Source of the DNA: Tubiluchus corallicola
Lineage: Eukaryota > Animalia > Priapulida
DNA length: 64,000 nt
Direction of reading: 5' to 3'
Assembly (NCBI GenBank): GCA_030141605.1
Contig: JAQGDQ010000022.1
Span: 372,001-436,000, forward strand
Position numbers and translations under genes: made by a program. Positions 23,301 through 36,576 of this stretch are shown in pieces. How positions within the stretch are numbered: the stretch's first letter is position 1; every line of letters begins with the position of its first letter. Under the pieces are notes generated by a model. It saw only the letters and a program-made list of their open reading frames with translations, did not search any database and was not told the origin of the DNA.

Positions 23301-26300
23301 ATCCTTAATACTTGTCAATACTGGCAAACGGCGCGCATGCGGCAAGAGAGAGGAGGCAGTATGTTCGCATAAAGCAAATTGGCACGAGGCCCCCCTGGAG
23401 GGTGAGGCCCCGGGGAAGTATCCCCACTTTCCCCCCTTGAAATAGGCCCTGCAGATAGTCACCATCAAAGTCCTTATTTCATGGGATAAGTTATAATATA
23501 AGGTATAGGATAAGGCATAGTATTTAATATAGTATTAACAACATAATTATATAATCATCAATCTACCTAAGAAAGCTACCTGATGAAGTGTAGCAGTCAC
23601 TATAAACAACAATGTACAAGTTTATCAGGGCTATTGTTGTATATATACCGGTAATAAATTAAAGGATTTATTTCCCCATATTTTCCTTTCATATGCAAGT
23701 GATATTAATCACAGTTTAATTTAAATTAAGATTTAATTTAATTTAATTTAAATCAAGTATTAATTTAAATTAATATTATTAATTATCACTCATAATAAAT
23801 TTATGTTAAAAAGCTGTTACAAACACGTGTTTATAATAAGCTGAAAAAAATTGAAAAATAACTCGCCCCAGAAAATTATTTCATAATTACAAAATTTTTG
23901 AATAAAACCAATCCAAAACATTACCTTTGCTCAGGTCAGTTTAGTGCAGTTTTTGGTAGCTGATTTTCTAACACATAATTCACTCAAGTCTCCAATGCAT
24001 TACTCGTAATACGATTTTTACAAGTAACAAAACAGAACTGGTCACAAAAACGAAATATTTAATTTCAAATATACGCTTGCTTCTTTGGTTTACGCATTGG
24101 CAATGGTATTGCTCTTCGAAAATAGCGCTGTGCCTACGTTGGTCAAAGAATCCGGACCACAGAAATTATTGAAATTATACTGCGCAACAGTTCGCGCAGT
24201 TAGTGTCGCCCTAACAGCACAGCATTACAGACTGCTGTCAGGTACGCAAGCTGTTCGCGCACCGGTGTGTAGCAGACGAATTGATGAGATGGCTTCACCA
24301 AAGCCAGGCCGGTCGACAAGCACTCATTACTGTACAGCAGTGAGTTGAAAAACGCAAATAAACGATATGAAGGTAATTATATCAAAATGTTAATTATAAC
24401 ACAGTTTTATAACCTTTGTTACAAATTACGCATTTGTACACTAAGCAAAGACTGCAAGCCCTACATCTGTCTTTAGCGATTTCAGCAGCTGTGATATTTT
24501 TGAATATTATTTAAAGCAAGAATAAGGCACTAAGAATAATTACTAGTTTAAATAAAAATTATTATATTGACATCTCATGAAAATTATTAGGCTTATTAAC
24601 AAAAGAAGTTGAAAAACTTGATCATTTTCAAATACGTGGCTCGTTCTATTTCTAGAGATATATTTTATCCAAAAAATTCCCATTTAATGTTTTTCCCAAA
24701 AAATATAGCTTGCAAAAAAAACGGTCCTGACTCTCATGTCATAGAAAAAAATTTTAGGTTTTTACAGAAGACCAAATAATTACTTCAGAAAAAACAATCT
24801 AAATATCTGCATGTTTTGTTAATTCCGAGTTAAAATGTGTTTAAAAAGCACATAATCATACATTGGCCTATATATCATATGCAGACGTCACTTATATTTA
24901 ACCTAATTTTTTGAGTTCCACTTAAGCTTATGACAAAATAAATACTCATTAAAATACAACTTGTTTACATGCCACTCGAGACTTAATAAATATTTTTTAT
25001 TGAGTGGCTTGAGTTAGTGTAATTGATTTTATATATAACTAATAATTGCTTTTACTTGAGTATTCTTCTTTTATTAAAAACGCAGAAGTGATTTTGGCTT
25101 ATCAAAATTGCGCGTATCGTGACGCTATTGGCGTATTATTGTTCCAGCCAGTGCGCCGTTCAAAAGTTTTAAATCCTCCGCCGTTTGATGCCGCTAGCGT
25201 AGCCGCTAATCGCAAAAACGAAATACGTACATATATGGTTCGGTATTTCCTTTTCCTACATTTTGATTTGACAGCGATGCACAGCCACAGGGCGAAGATT
25301 GCGGATCCACTCAAGGTGCCAGAGGATGCGGATTAGAATAAAACCCTTTAATTATATAACATATTTTGGACAAAGCAATTTTCCATTGACAATATAAAGC
25401 AATTTTTCACATTTTTTGTTTAAAAAGTATTGTAAAATCAAAAGTTGCAAAAAAATTAATTTTGATTCATAAAGAATAGTCAGAACGCTTTAAGAAAATA
25501 TTATGTGTACGACTTAGAGATTTTTATCCTGGGAATTTTGAGTTCGAGTACCCTAGGTATCAAATACTTCCAATACGGTTTTGTTTAAAAAATGTGCTTA
25601 TTGTGAAAAAAATATTCAAAAAATGCAATAGCAAATTAGTTAATATAAAAATTTAGTTTAGTTTCTTGAATTTTAGTAGTTTGTTAATATTTTGCACAAA
25701 GAATAATGAAAGCTCACAGTCACCTTACCCCATGGATTTTAGCAAAATTTTGAAACCAAGATACTCTTTTTGCAAAAAATATCTATTAGTAATTGGTCTG
25801 TTAGCAGAAAAAGTGGGATTGACTGAAATCAGCTGTCAAACTTTCAGGAATATTTCTTTAGACTATTTTAGCAGTGTTTTGGACATTTTCCTAAAATTGT
25901 ACGTCTTGGCCCACTGTCCCAGGACACTAAAAGGCTAAGAAATGATCCTGCACTTTGGAGGATCACAGATAAAAACGTTCACAGATAAACACTTGATTAC
26001 TATTAGGGACGAATACAAAGTTATATGTGGACCTTCATCTAGTGATATGATTAGTGATTCTGGAACACACGAAGTGGCCACATGACGTATCAGTACACCT
26101 CAATCCATTTCACAAAATGAAAAATTTGTACGTAATTTGCAAGAAAAGCCATAAAATGTAATGAAATATACTATGGACCAATAGAAAATCAGCCATTTGC
26201 TACAAGAATTTTTCATCTAAGTTGCATGGTAGGGGCAGTGATGACCTCATCTGCACCCCTGTCCCATTCATCACATTTAGATAATTTTTTGGTCATCTAT

Positions 26301-27606
26301 AATCATCCAAAGTGTATTAATTATCCATACCAGGATAAAGGTAAGTTACATTTAGTCTGAATGGGTGTCCCATGAATGACGATACGGGCTCTGACACATT
26401 AGCACTCTGTCCCAAACATCAAGGCTGCTTTTCTTGCAAAATTAATGGCCGACTAAGCGTTAATGATCATAAAAATACACTTAATGATGATAAAAAACTA
26501 GAAATTGATGCGTTGGTTTTTTTTGTCTAGTAGTCAGTTTCTAGCTAATGACGTCATTAAAGGCTTTACTGTTAGTTATGTCAGAAACGCTAATATGTTA
26601 CAAGAAAATATATTCCAGTCAAATTAGCCCAAAACTGTATGACCAGGACAAAAATAGTATAAAGCTAAAGTATTGCACACATGCCCAGAAGGTCGTCCAA
26701 AATAACATTTTCAAAATTAGCCAAAGTCCACTTTGGGGAAAAAATTTATCAGGCTTTAAATTCATTAAACTTATTACCAGCTGATATAAAAGAACATATG
26801 GCCTATCAGGAACATAATGTTTCAAGGTCATTTAAGATCACTGTCATTCAGAATGACCGCCGAACGCTTAGAGACAAAATAACCCAACAAGTGGCATATT
26901 ACTAGCTATGTGCCGAATATTAACTTTTCTGAAAGCTTATTCGAGTATTTTTGTTTATTTATTAATTTATGTATTTTTGCTTTATTCTTTATTCTGGCTC
27001 GTACATGTTACGCGTCTTAAGCCATAGAAATCCACTTACTAATTACAAAAAACACAACACAAGAGTACAATAGTAAGGCAATATAAAAGCTTTGATGTCA
27101 TTTATTCTTATTTGTTACACAAAGCTACTGTTATTATAACAACAAGCTGAAACACAAATGTCAAAAAAATTTAATCATCATTTCGAAATTTTAGTCACTA
27201 AGTATGCTTCTGAAGGCTCAGTTGCAGGAAAATGAGGTCCTAGCTGAGCGGCTGGGAAAGTTACGGCTTCTCCGGGCTCCACTCCACCTTTCTGCCTTGT
27301 CACATTCTGAGCCCTCCCTTTTATCAATAAGGTTATATAAAAATCTCCCTTTCAAAAATCCTGGATCCGCCCCTGATCCGACACTGCAGGCCCCGGATTC
27401 ATCAACCTCACGTAATTAGCCGACACTTAGGTGTATTATTTCTGACTGTCGTAAGGGTACTGTCAACCGCGAAGATTGTCCATTTAGAAACTTTAGCCGT
27501 TAAAATTAAAGACTAGGCCATGTTATGACCTAATAATGTGTAACGAAATTGTCTGCAGGGAAAGCAGCAGTGATGCAAATGCTTTTTTACTCCTGCCTCA
27601 ACTATG

Positions 27607-28044
27607 ACAAGGGGTCACAACCTCAAGTTGTTTGTGAAATGTTATCGTGCTGACTGTCTCCTTTTTTTAGTAATAGGGATGTAAATATATGAAATGCTCT
27701 TCCTTCTCATATAAACGGCTCACTTTTCTAGCCACTGCATAAACGAAAAGGCTTTTCTAAAAATATATTAAAATTTGTGCAACTTGATAATTTTTTACAA
27801 TATGAGCACATGTAAGCAGGTTATGTCCTTTTTAATTCGTCGTCCAACTTGTAGACAACGTTAGCTATTTCTAGTCTATATTAGCTATATTTAGCTATAT
27901 TAATTATATGTTTTTGTTGTATTTTAAATAACCGTGTTTTTTTGCCTTTATGTTATTATTCTTTCTTTAGTGTAAATTGTAAATTTATGTACTGAGTAAA
28001 TATTTATATGGATTACGATCAAATAAATAAAAAAATAAAATAAA
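27607..28044 (+). mobile_element. 5'-truncated CR1 LINE 3' end
   Basis: TRGHNLKL...FFSNRDVNI*NALP (CR1 ORF2 C-terminal motif), T-rich 3' UTR and an (AAAT)n-like tail at 28021-28044. Confidence 0.8.
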
Positions 28045-29576
28045 GTACTGCTCTAGAGCGATTTATTAAGCGCACGTTCTACACACACGTGCTGCACATG
28101 ATACCAGATTTTGATGTACTTTTGGTTGTGCATATTCGTGTTAAGCGTGTCTACGCATGTTCATTCATAAATTTCGTGCCTGTGCGGCGGTGTCCTTTTT
28201 TAAACTATGTTATTGTTTCTAAAAAACGTCATAGCATGGAGTATGCAGTGAATGTTTAACGCGCATGTTGCAAATTGTACAATAAGTAAATTGTCATTAA
28301 AATTCCAATGACATTTTTCATCAGTCTTTTCTAAACGTAAGCAAATGTATAATTCTGAACATTTTGCCTTCAATACCTTTTGAATTTGGTAATTTACGAA
28401 CACGTGTTGCGCACTTTACCAACGGCGGGGGTGTTTGCGCAGGAATTAATATTCTCAAATGTACGTTTTAGTCTGTTCAAAGTACATTTATGCGCTGACA
28501 TGGCCACCGTTAAAAATTAATTTTAGTGATGAGATATCTCACACTTGCACCAGAAAATAACAAAGAAAGCATTTACATGTACAGTATTTTGAAATACAGA
28601 TGGCCATGATTTCTGGATCGTGAATGTATTTGATCAAGAAAGTAATAGCGTAGATTATGAAGTGAGGAAGTTATCGACAGTTTCATCATCATCATCATCG
28701 TCGTCGTCATCATTATCATAATTTTATCACTAATAAGATCTTACTATGATGTTTATTTGATAAATAAAAATATGTAGTCCTCTCAGGCTCTCACCTACTT
28801 TTGTCTTTATCATATCACATATTGCTTGCTTAATAATGTTTTCATCGGCAGATAAGGCTCGAAGTTGAACTTAAATGACAGAGCAAATAACCCGTTGTAC
28901 ATAACTAATGTTATGCCTGTTTTCGCTGTGTTAATGAAGAAGGAATAATTAAAGAAGAGAGACTACACACAAATTCGTCGTATAAATCGATACATTCGAA
29001 CTGAGTAGACCCATTTTTATTGTCGGATCGCACGTTATGTTTTCCGAGACATGTTGTACTTGAATTGGCAAACAATATTTATCATATTTTGAAACAGTGA
29101 GACTCCAAAAATGACTACAGTGTTACAACTTGCAGTTGCTGTAAATATTCTTGTATTTGAGGGTTTCTAGACGAATACAGTTTCACTCAGATTAGCTTAG
29201 TCGATGTTTGTTAACGCTAACTCGCGTTAACGCATTTTTTATGCAAAACTGAAAATACAACCAAATTCCAGCCTCACCCAATGAAAGAAATCTTACAATG
29301 AGAAATTTTCCCGAAGTAAGTAACATAAAAGTGTAGGAAAAAGGTGATTATGGTAAACCAAAGGCAAAGTTAGCTTATATACGTAGTACAACAATCGACC
29401 TATTGATAAGGACAAAAATAAGATAAGTGTGTGTTTACAACTGCTCCGGAGTTGTCTTAAAGTTAGGCATAAAATTAAGACAACGACGTGTTCGATGAAA
29501 TCCAAGAAATATTTGTGCACACGTATGGTTTCACACGTGTCATTGATAAACCCATATTATACGAATAAAAATACGC

Positions 29577-29724
<148 letters not shown>

Positions 29725-30710
29725 TACACTCCATATGCTTTGCTTCCACTTTCCATTTTTCTGTCATATCTGTGATGATGCTTCGATCCTTTTATTATCC
29801 GCTTATTGCCTTATTTTACCCACTTAACAGTGTGAAATTTTATTGTCAATCTGGCCGACTCCAGTCAACGCTGCATTCTGCAATTGCCTCATTGAACAGA
29901 TGACATTAGTGCTTTAAATTAAGACCCTTGCAAGGTCTCTCGCCTTTGATTTCTGGACACTGATTTCTTTTCTGTTGAATCCAGTTATTTTAAGCGAGCT
30001 TTATATGCACAGTAGCTTTGCTTTGTCAACTACGATAGTTGGTAGTACGTTTGGTAGTTCGGGTGCATTTCATACATTTGGAGCGAATGAGAATGATAAT
30101 AACTGAGTTGCCCTTGACCGCAAAATTCAGTAACATTGTGCTTGGTTAGCAAATGGATGGGTGAATGTACAAAATATGCTACTAGGCTGTTTCAGTCGCT
30201 TAATTATAATTATAAAATATGGTGATAATTTCCCACCGGATAATTGTCTCGTTGAGAGAGCATTTACAGGGATTTAAGCGGCAATACATGTACCTCAGAA
30301 GATTAGAGTTCGTTGGATGTTTTCATAAGCGCTTCACTAAACAACTGTTGTCGTTGGATGGTTCAATTTACTGTGTGCCAATATAACTACCATTTAATTT
30401 TATATGTTTAACTGTTTGTGTTTTTCAGGATTTTTGATTTATTGTCCAGATGTATGTATTGATCAGTCCTTGCTTCCACAGAGAAATTATGTGTATAGGT
30501 TTAGTTTTGTATTTTTGACCGCTTGTATTTTAAAGCCGCTGTAGAACACGCGTAATTGTTTTGCCACAGGCCTTCATAGCTGTTATGCTGGTTGTAAGAA
30601 CAATAGCTCAGAATTTCTGCTAGAAAAGAAATTCCTTAAGCCTTAACATATGTTCCAGACGACTTGGGTGTAAAGGGTGTCATACTGACCTTTCTTTTCT
30701 TGACTTTGAT

Positions 30711-30870
30711 TTTCTTCCAACCATTTGACTTATTTCTAACCTACTTATCCTAGTTTGCTTTATGAGAACAAAATAGGCGATTAAAATGGTTTTCTTCCAA
30801 TCATTTAACTTATTTCTAACCTACTTATCCTAGTTTGCTTTATGAGAACAAAATAAGCGATTAAAATGGT
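30711..30870. repeat. Tandem duplication of an 80-bp unit
   Basis: 30711-30790 versus 30791-30870, three mismatches. Confidence 0.95.
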
Positions 30871-32037
30871 TGATTTCGTGAATGGAGCTTTGCTAACAGC
30901 GAAATTCTTGCAACAAAAATGATACCATGCAACAACGAAATATTAAATTCTACAATTACTGAAACTATATTTAGGCCTAAATGCCTAATCGTCGAATATT
31001 ATGAAGACGAAAGAAAGACCTGTTAAGCCAACACAACTCATATAAATTATATAATTATCACAAAATTTCATTATGAACCAGAGCTTCAAGAATAAGATGA
31101 TTTTGTGAAAAAATGTGAAGAACCAAACACAGTTAAGAATAGCAATAACGATAAATTTATCAGTATTTACAGTGGCATATGCACTGCTTCAGCCGACTAT
31201 ATGAGCTGATATCACCAGCAAACTGCAGCCTTTGAGAGTGGCATCACATCTCACAAACTTGAGGCATTTCTTGGCTATAAAGATTTACCAAAATACGTGT
31301 AACATAATTCAAAAAAGTTTGAGAGCCATGCTAAGTGAAGCGTTGTAGCACCAATAATTAATACTATTATTAATGGATACAGGTACTAAAAAACCTTAAG
31401 ACGTTGTCCAGATAATGTTTAGACAGAATTAAAAATCAGTACCATTGTATCACTTAATACAAGAAATATCCACATCTGTGGGCTTCATTTTAGTCATTTG
31501 TATAATTGCCTCACAATAACTTCTATACAGCACAAATTTATACAAGTACACTAAATAACTTTTGTATTATCCCGTGTACAGTGTACAATATAGTACGCTA
31601 CCACACGTCTACAAATTACTTTTAGATTAGTAGCAAATTTTCTTATCAAAATGTTAACCTTTTAAACAATTAACCTTTCTACCTGTACGCCTTCTCGAGC
31701 TTTTAATAAAACACATTAATGTCATACTGTATTATAAACGTAAGCAACCTCTGCAAAGATAGGAAATGAATTCGCTACTTTCTAAAATCGTTTCAATTTG
31801 TGCATTTCAAAGTGCAAATATAATGGTCACCTATGCAGTAACTATTACCTAATAACAAAAATGCAGCTAAATGCTATATGTAGAATTTTATTTACTTTTC
31901 TTAATAATCAGTTAAAGCTTAATTAAAGCTTAATTACATGATGTTTCTTCTGAGTAAAACTAGTGCACTAATAACGATCTTCTCTATAGCCTAATTATTA
32001 CTAATCAATAAGCATTCAGCCTAATGCATAATTACTG

Positions 32038-33522
32038 CTATATGTCATCTTCCGATGTCAGATTTTCGGCATCAGATAACTGACGACTCCTAGTTCGAAT
32101 AGACTCGCATGCATGAAGAACTGCATCGTGCAGGGTCAAATGAAAAACGTCAAGTGCGTTAGAAACATCATCAAAAAACCCCGCTTGGTTTAATGTTTTC
32201 TGAACAGACGAACTACACTCTGACAAAAGAATCAGGATGCCAAGTTGAGCATAGTCTTGCACCATTTGTTTTAACGCGTTGGCACCACAAACATCAACGT
32301 AGGTAAACTTTCCACAGTCTAGAATAATAACAAATGGTAAGTCACATGTAGATGTTATAGGCATAATAACTTCAACTGGCTCATTTAGTTCGAGAGCATT
32401 GTTTTCGATACCGAGCCTATTAAGGCTGTTGTTATTTGATTTTGCCTTTTCCTCTTGGTTTCTTAACTTACGGTTCTTGATATCTAATTGCTTCAAGTTC
32501 AGAGGATTAACACCAGACAATGAATAAACTTTGCTACGAAAAAACTCAACATTAGCAAAATATGGCGATGCCTCAAATTTGATTATTTTGATGCCAGGTA
32601 TTTCTTCAACCTGTTGGTACTCAGAAACATCTTTGTAGATATTAGTTGTTGGCAGTTGCCCAAGTACAATAACTGCAGGCTGCTGTGAACGCCACACTAC
32701 AGTTAACAAGGACCAACACACACCTATAACCAGACCCCATGTAACATCTAGAAAGACAGTGGCTGACCATGTCACAATCCATATGAGAAAGTCAGGTCTT
32801 GATAATTTCCAAAGCTTTGGTAACTCACAATATTGCACAAACATACCCTTGAGAGCGACTAGAATAATGGATGCTAAAACAGCGTTCGGTAGTGACTCAA
32901 ACAGCGGTCCCAATAACAACAACACTAAAATCAAAAATGTGCACGATATGATGCTTGTTATTTGAGTTCTGCCACCAACACTTTCTTGTACTAAAGACCT
33001 GGAAAGTGATGCCGCTGATAAAAATCCGGAAAAGCACGATGTGAAGACATTTGTCACACCAAGGGCAAAGAGTTCCTGGGTGGAGTTGACTTCGTAACTC
33101 CACTTTTTAGCTAACAATTTCGCCATAGACAATGAAGCAGTAAAGGCAACAACAGCAATTGCAAATGCATCGCCAATGATGTGCTTGTAGAGTTCTGTAG
33201 GTGGAAAAGACGGTGGTGGCATTCCAATTGGTATGTTTCCAACCACCTCCACGTCGAATTTCTGTTCAAGTTTAGCACCATAAAAAATACCGGTAATGAC
33301 CACGACCAGAAACAGTTCCATGGGAACAGGCATTTTTATTTTGCTCTTCACCCATGGATCTGCATACAGTTTGACAATTACAAGTGTAAAGATGCATATT
33401 ATGGATATAACCACTGCAGCTGCGTTTACATGCTTTAGATTCTTGAAAACTTCGGCGTATGTATAGAAGATCTTGAACACACCCGAATGGGTAGGTATTT
33501 TTAATCCGAGAACATACTTGAC
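32038..33522 (-). CDS. SLC26 last exon (remaining TM domain plus STAS)
   Basis: Inside the 510-aa ORF 32038..33570; acceptor ttgcag|GTC; TAG at 32040-32038. Confidence 0.96.
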   Translation of the reverse strand, partial: VKYVLGLKIPTHSGVFKIFYTYAEVFKNLKHVNAAAVVISIICIFTLVIVKLYADPWVKSKIKMPVPMELFLVVVITGIFYGAKLEQKFDVEVVGNIPIGMPPPSFPPTELYKHIIGDAFAIAVVAFTASLSMAKLLAKKWSYEVNSTQELFALGVTNVFTSCFSGFLSAASLSRSLVQESVGGRTQITSIISCTFLILVLLLLGPLFESLPNAVLASIILVALKGMFVQYCELPKLWKLSRPDFLIWIVTWSATVFLDVTWGLVIGVCWSLLTVVWRSQQPAVIVLGQLPTTNIYKDVSEYQQVEEIPGIKIIKFEASPYFANVEFFRSKVYSLSGVNPLNLKQLDIKNRKLRNQEEKAKSNNNSLNRLGIENNALELNEPVEVIMPITSTCDLPFVIILDCGKFTYVDVCGANALKQMVQDYAQLGILILLSECSSSVQKTLNQAGFFDDVSNALDVFHLTLHDAVLHACESIRTRSRQLSDAENLTSEDDI

Positions 33523-36500
33523 CTGCAAATTAATAAACATGTCACTCTGGGTTAAAATAAGCTTTGCCACTAGAAAACAATTTAACTCAGACCATTTAGT
33601 TTATGATGCGATTAATCTTTGACCTTAGGTAATTACTTTGTTTGAATATCTTTAATTACAAGCTCTCCATTTTGCAATTACTACATTGCACAGGAGGAAA
33701 GCACGTATCCATAAAATATTTGGCACAAAAATTGACTAGACTGTATAGCATTTTTTGCTTTAACAAAGCAGAGACTATCACTGCTACAGTACAGAAAGGC
33801 ACAAATTCTGTAGAATATAGATTTCTTTATTATTAGAATTCTAGAATTCTAGAACATTCGAATCTATATTATATTCATAATATAGAATTATGCAGAATAT
33901 CATCTTGGCTCACCTGAGAAGTAAACACATGCACTGCAGCACCAGTTGTGAAGGCAGACACTAATTCATCTGAGAGAAACGTGGTCAAACTACCCAGACG
34001 TAGTAACCCCATGGCTACCTGTATAAACCCAGCCAGTATGGTCACAGTACCAGCTACTTGTATGGCTGAGTACTTTCCACGAATTGACACTAGAAATAAA
34101 GATTAAGTTTGGAGTGTAAACTTTACTACAACTACACTTCTATCGTACTTGCTTTTGTAGCTACAATTGTTGCAACTGCTGCTGCCACAAACAAAGCTAC
34201 TACTATTGATGAAACAAACCACAATTAATTAAATTATGATACCAACTTTGAAAGGTCTTTTGTATACTAAGGTCTTTCATATACGATAAATACGTTAAAT
34301 AATTTTTAAACTGGATTAGTTTATAATACATTAATTTTATAGAAAAATGTTCACCCATTTTTTGCAAGGCGTGCACAGCATCACACTACAGTCAAGTCGA
34401 TCTTAGTTAAAGCACAACACATAAAGCTTAAAAAAATCGTCTTGAAATTTTATACCACTTACATACTGCCTTTTCGCCTACAGGGCTTGCGTCGGCAGTA
34501 ACGCTGTATAAAACTTGCAAATTTAAACTCCCGCAATGGCCGTTAGACGCAGCCATTCAGACGATAAGTCATTTGAAGTTTAAAAATATTAATAACATTG
34601 ATTAAAGTTTAAAAAAATAATCAAAGCATTCATAGCACAAATTTTTAAATTATTGTATCTTGTTAAATAAGATTAAAAAATGTTTTTAGTTTAGTGAGTG
34701 GCGCACCCTAGAGAGTGAGCCAGCGACATTTTACCAATTGGCACGAAAATTTTAAATTATTATTTCTAGTAACATAAGTTTTTCCAACAGGTAAGCGAAA
34801 CGTTAAGTAATACAGATTTGCATAAAAAGTTTTTTGGGACGTAATTTAACATTGTCTTTGCCCACGGAACAGCATTCCGGAAGATTTAAAACGAAAAAAA
34901 ACAAAAATTCCCTTTAGCGTGAGTACGATATGTGCATAAAATGCTATAAAATAATTTTTAAGGCGATTTTTCTGAAACCTACTTCAGGTACCCCTTTTCT
35001 TGTCCTTTAATAGTGAACAAGTTATGTATGGTTCTCTGATCTTAACTGTGGCTTAAGATTACTCAGAGAATGTATCTTGTAGTGGTCAAAGCATTCCAAA
35101 GTTGATCCCTATAGCTGGCCAATTGAATTGTGTGGTTAAGAGCTACTACTTCTTTTCTTACATGGGTATTATACTGCTGCTGTTCCTGCAAATGACGATG
35201 ATGGTGATAATAATTGTGATGCTGATGACAATAATGATAAGTGTGACATGTGAAGATGATGATGGTGATGATGATGATGATGATTAGAAGAACGATGGTG
35301 ACGACACTGTGAAATCTAATTACCATTTTCTGCATAGTTATTATCCAATAACACATTCGTGATATTTGGAAAGCTTCCGTTGATATTTCTCTCTACGTAA
35401 AATTCGTGTGCATATTTTTCTACAACGGTACCCACCATCAGACTAGTTACAGCAAAGGTTCCTAAACGAAAAGAATCCATGTTAGCTTATGATACATCTT
35501 ATATTGCAATTTTGTATTGACAATAACTTTCTATTGTTTGTCTTGCTTCCTGGTAAATACAATTATCATTCATCTTCGAAACCTAGTGTCTTCATTTCTT
35601 TGCTTGGAATAATAAATTGTTGTTTATATTGCTTACGTCAGAAAGTAACCACAGTTTGTGCAATGGCAGGCGTCTTCCCTTGCGTATCAAGCACATTTGC
35701 ATAAATGTTACAGTACTGTTTAAACGCATGATGTCACGAAAAATGCGCTTTACCTCATATGACGTCAGAAACTAACACTGTAGTTTATGATCATGCTTGT
35801 CACGGTACCGCCTTCTATTTGTCGGCCACGCGCATGTGACAAAAAGGCGCCGTTGCCAATGTTAGCAGATTCACTGAGCCGCGCGTAGCTTTGAAAATTC
35901 AACGAAATTTGAGTATCCGAGGTAATTATTATTTAACCTAAGCTTTGATTTAAAAAAAACTTTTGTAGTTTTCAATGTTTTAGGGCATTCTTTATTCTGA
36001 ACTAAATTTTACACAATCATCCGGTTTTCCTTTAAGTTATTTCAGTGCGTGTTTGGCAACGAAACTTAGCCAGTAAACCTGGTTAATGAGTGGATGGATG
36101 ACCGCATCTCCCACACTGGCTGATACATCCCTGCCGGTAAGTATCAGATCGAAGGATTTTCCCAGATAACCAGCTTAATTTCAGTTCTGTCACAAGTGCT
36201 CAACATTAGTATTAGGCCTTGCGTATAGTGCTGAAGTCTGCGATGCGCGGTAAAAATGGCACAGGAAGAAATGGCGCGGTAAAAATGGCACAGGAAAAGA
36301 TGGCACAAATATATAATCGGTAAAAATGGCGCCTATGTTGTTTTGATGAGATCTCTGCCCAAGCCGAACGATCCTAAACTCGTACGTCTGATTCTTTTGA
36401 TTAACAAAGGTAAACCAGCAGACACACAAAAATGTACTTGTAATGGTATTATATAAACTAGCAAAAGACTCACAAAATATTTGTTCATTAGATAGATTTA

Positions 36501-36532
36501 TAATCAATATAGATCTATATTGCACGAACGTT

Positions 36533-36576
<44 letters not shown>

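Noticed and set aside
23659-25351. Possible TTAAAGG...CCTTTAA bounded transposon
   Set aside because: The terminal match barely extends beyond 7 bp in very AT-rich DNA and there is no second copy in the window.
29730-30700. Possible decayed LINE on the minus strand next to the (AAT)n tract
   Set aside because: Only a vague LRVFY-like word was found; no convincing RT motifs.
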